DNA of 63,867 nt, counting the filler. It is 10 parts of 10 records of this genome, joined end to end, with 100 filler letters (N's around TTAATTAATTAA, not from the genome) between each part and the next. Parts side by side here need not be neighbours in the genome. Positions count along the whole stretch, not along the records: positions 56,035 to 63,867 come from SRR31147125_88311; 9 more parts are not named here. One strand, given 5' to 3'. Positions 62,001-63,867 of this stretch are shown piece by piece. Under the pieces are notes generated by a model. The model did no database searches. It was given only the letters and a program-made list of their open reading frames with translations, and had not been told where the DNA came from. Every line of letters begins with the position of its first letter. The stretch's first letter is position 1. A program made the translations under genes and the position numbers.

Positions 62001-63867
62001 CCTGTCACGGTCACCGTTGTCACAGAGCCCACAGGGCCCGTAGACGGATAGAGAGTACCAACACTCCATTCCTCCACATATGAAAACTGGACACCACTAT
62101 GCGAGTACTCAAATAGGTTGTTGCTGACTTCAACCGCCACAAAGGACGGCACGTGTGCCGGAACCGTACACGTGATGCGACTGGAGGTAATCAGTTGCGC
62201 GGGGACCGACAGACTGTCGAAGCGACAGAGGAGAGTTCCCAGTCCCGCAGAACGTTCCGAAAAAGCACTTCCTTCCAGTGTAACAAGCGTGCCACCACCA
62301 GACTTGCCATGACTGGGAAAGACGGATGTGACGTTCACCACGTCCTCATACACAAAGGTGACATCGGTGGAAGCAAAGTTACTCGTGCTCGACACAGACA
62401 CCCCCACCGTTCCTGTTGTATGGGTCGCCGCTTCGCACAACATTTGAGTAGAATCAACCCAATCACACTCAACCACTGTAGTCGTGCCGAGTTTCACGTA
62501 CACATTGTTGTTGAGGAAATTCTCGCCGCGGACTGTGATCAAGGAGCCCCCTAGAAAAGGTCCGTTCGTGGGGACAATTCCGTGGCGTGGATTGGTACCC
62601 TCAAGTGCGTACGGAGAAATAAACGTGAACTCAACACCGTTTGACGTGAAGTGGGTATCTTGTTGGCCCTCCAGGCTGACTTCAACACGCACAGACCCCG
62701 TTTGAAGGTTTGTCGGAGTCGCACAGCGCAATTCACTTGTTGACACAACATCAGCGGGCGTTGCAGCGTCAAGAGTACCGAACATACACCACGTGCTCCC
62801 CGGAACAAAGTGTGTGCCTTCAACGGTGATAAGTGTGGCCTCACCCACAGGACCCGCAAACGGAAATAGGCCTCGGACATTTGGTTTCTCATAATACTCA
62901 AACTGTAGACCATTCATCGTGAAATCAACAAGATTCTGTGTGAACTCGACGGCCACAAAGGAGGGGGCATGAGCCGGAGCCGTACATGTAATAAGTCCAG
63001 AATCATGTGGTTCGGCCGCTGTGAGCTGATCACCAAAGCGACAGTATTGTAGGGACAGATCGATGGAACGCTCAACAAAACCAATGCCAGACAATTCGAC
63101 ATGTGTTCCTCCCGGCGCAGGTCCTCGGAGGGGTGCCAGGGCGGTCAGGTTGACCTGGGCGTCATACGTGAACATATCAACCGGAACGAAGGTATCAAGG
63201 ATGTTCGATACCGAAACGAGGGTACCCGTCGGGATGTGTGCCGGGGAGCGGCACTCAATTTGTTCGGAAGAGGTAAAGATTCCTGCAACGACCGTACTTC
63301 CAATACGGCAGAATAAACGATCACTGGAAAGGAAATTGGCGCCGAGAACAACCAGAGACGAATCGCCATATTCAGGACCGGATCCTAGCTGAAGTTCAAG
63401 GATCACATTGGCCAACGATGCATAGTAGACAAAATCAAGTGTGTGGCCTGTGAAGTCGTACTTGTTCAACGTTACGTCTACATCAACATGACCGGGTGCT
63501 TGCACAGGCGGGTTGCACAGAAGTTCTGTCGAAGAAACCCAGCTGGCACTGACGGCTTGGGTCCCGAAAATACACAGAAAATCACCCCCGCTGTATTGTC
63601 GGAAGTTTGTACCGACCACAGTCACGAGAGGTGGAGTGGCAGCATCCCCGGACGTGGGCTGGAGGTAGAGAAGATTCACTACGTCAAGGTACTCAAACTG
63701 TACTTTGTCACGGGTATAGTCATAGCCTCCATTCACGGAGAGAGAAACTGACACAAACGAAACCGGAAGGGGAACAGCCGGAGACGTACAACGAACCATC
63801 TCGGGAGAAATTGAGGAAGCTGATACAACGCGTGGCCCAAAGGAACACATTACATCCGTAATGGTTA
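56035..63867 (-). CDS. Giant eukaryotic IPT/TIG-repeat protein (internal segment; one intron; frameshifts near 57343 and 60420)
   Basis: About 28 domains of the form P..GP..GGT.VTV.G.NF...CRFG...A..VS.TE..C..P; in-phase GT-AG intron at 60653-60702 (YQG|DVNV); open at both ends. Confidence 0.85.

Noticed and set aside
45456-63867. Non-standard genetic code or non-canonical introns in the eukaryotic contigs
   Set aside because: Thousands of codons read without in-frame TAA/TAG/TGA, and all inferred introns are GT-AG.

Overview
The window is not one genome. It is ten unrelated contigs joined by artificial 100-bp spacers (44 N + TTAATTAATTAA + 44 N). The mix looks like an anoxic community or protist culture; taxon calls are inferred from gene content and promoter or signal style. 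(1) 1-10891, Clostridia-like: an AraR-type box precedes a GH4 glycosidase, a sugar ABC transporter and L-arabinose catabolic genes, with a non-canonical M24-fold gene inserted. (2) 10992-16405, Desulfobacterales-like: Psr/Phs-type molybdoenzyme, 4Fe-4S subunit, GltD-like flavoprotein, CBS and Fe-S genes. (3) 16506-21549, Bacteroidota housekeeping genes (Crp/Fnr, murF-alr fusion, tdk, rsmI). (4) 21650-27646, spirochaete-like: TrxR-Trx fusion, two exported rhodaneses, a hairpin-rich trailer, a GT-C glycosyltransferase and an ATP-grasp gene. (5) 27747-32882: orphan sugar operon plus a sulfoquinovose-isomerase-like and YihQ-like GH31 pair. (6) 32983-39014, Bacteroidota: T9SS cargo proteins and a B12 radical SAM enzyme. 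(7) 39115-44905, Desulfobacterales-like: divergent sigma-54 operons, TRAP + CoA-transferase versus GabT + aldehyde:ferredoxin oxidoreductase, a candidate 5-aminovalerate/GABA pathway. (8) 45006-50637, eukaryote: a 20-exon CCDC151/ODAD3-like flagellar gene that the ORF track misses, convergent with an apparently intronless TPR-CHAT gene. (9) 50738-55934, spirochaete-like: amidase, phosphoesterases, beta-barrel and CE15 esterase. (10) 56035-63867, eukaryote: part of a giant IPT/TIG protein with a three-domain super-repeat. About a dozen genes carry single-base indels, mostly in homopolymers, probably sequencing errors. No rRNA, tRNA, CRISPR array or transposase was recognised. All functional calls come from motif recognition by eye, not database searches.
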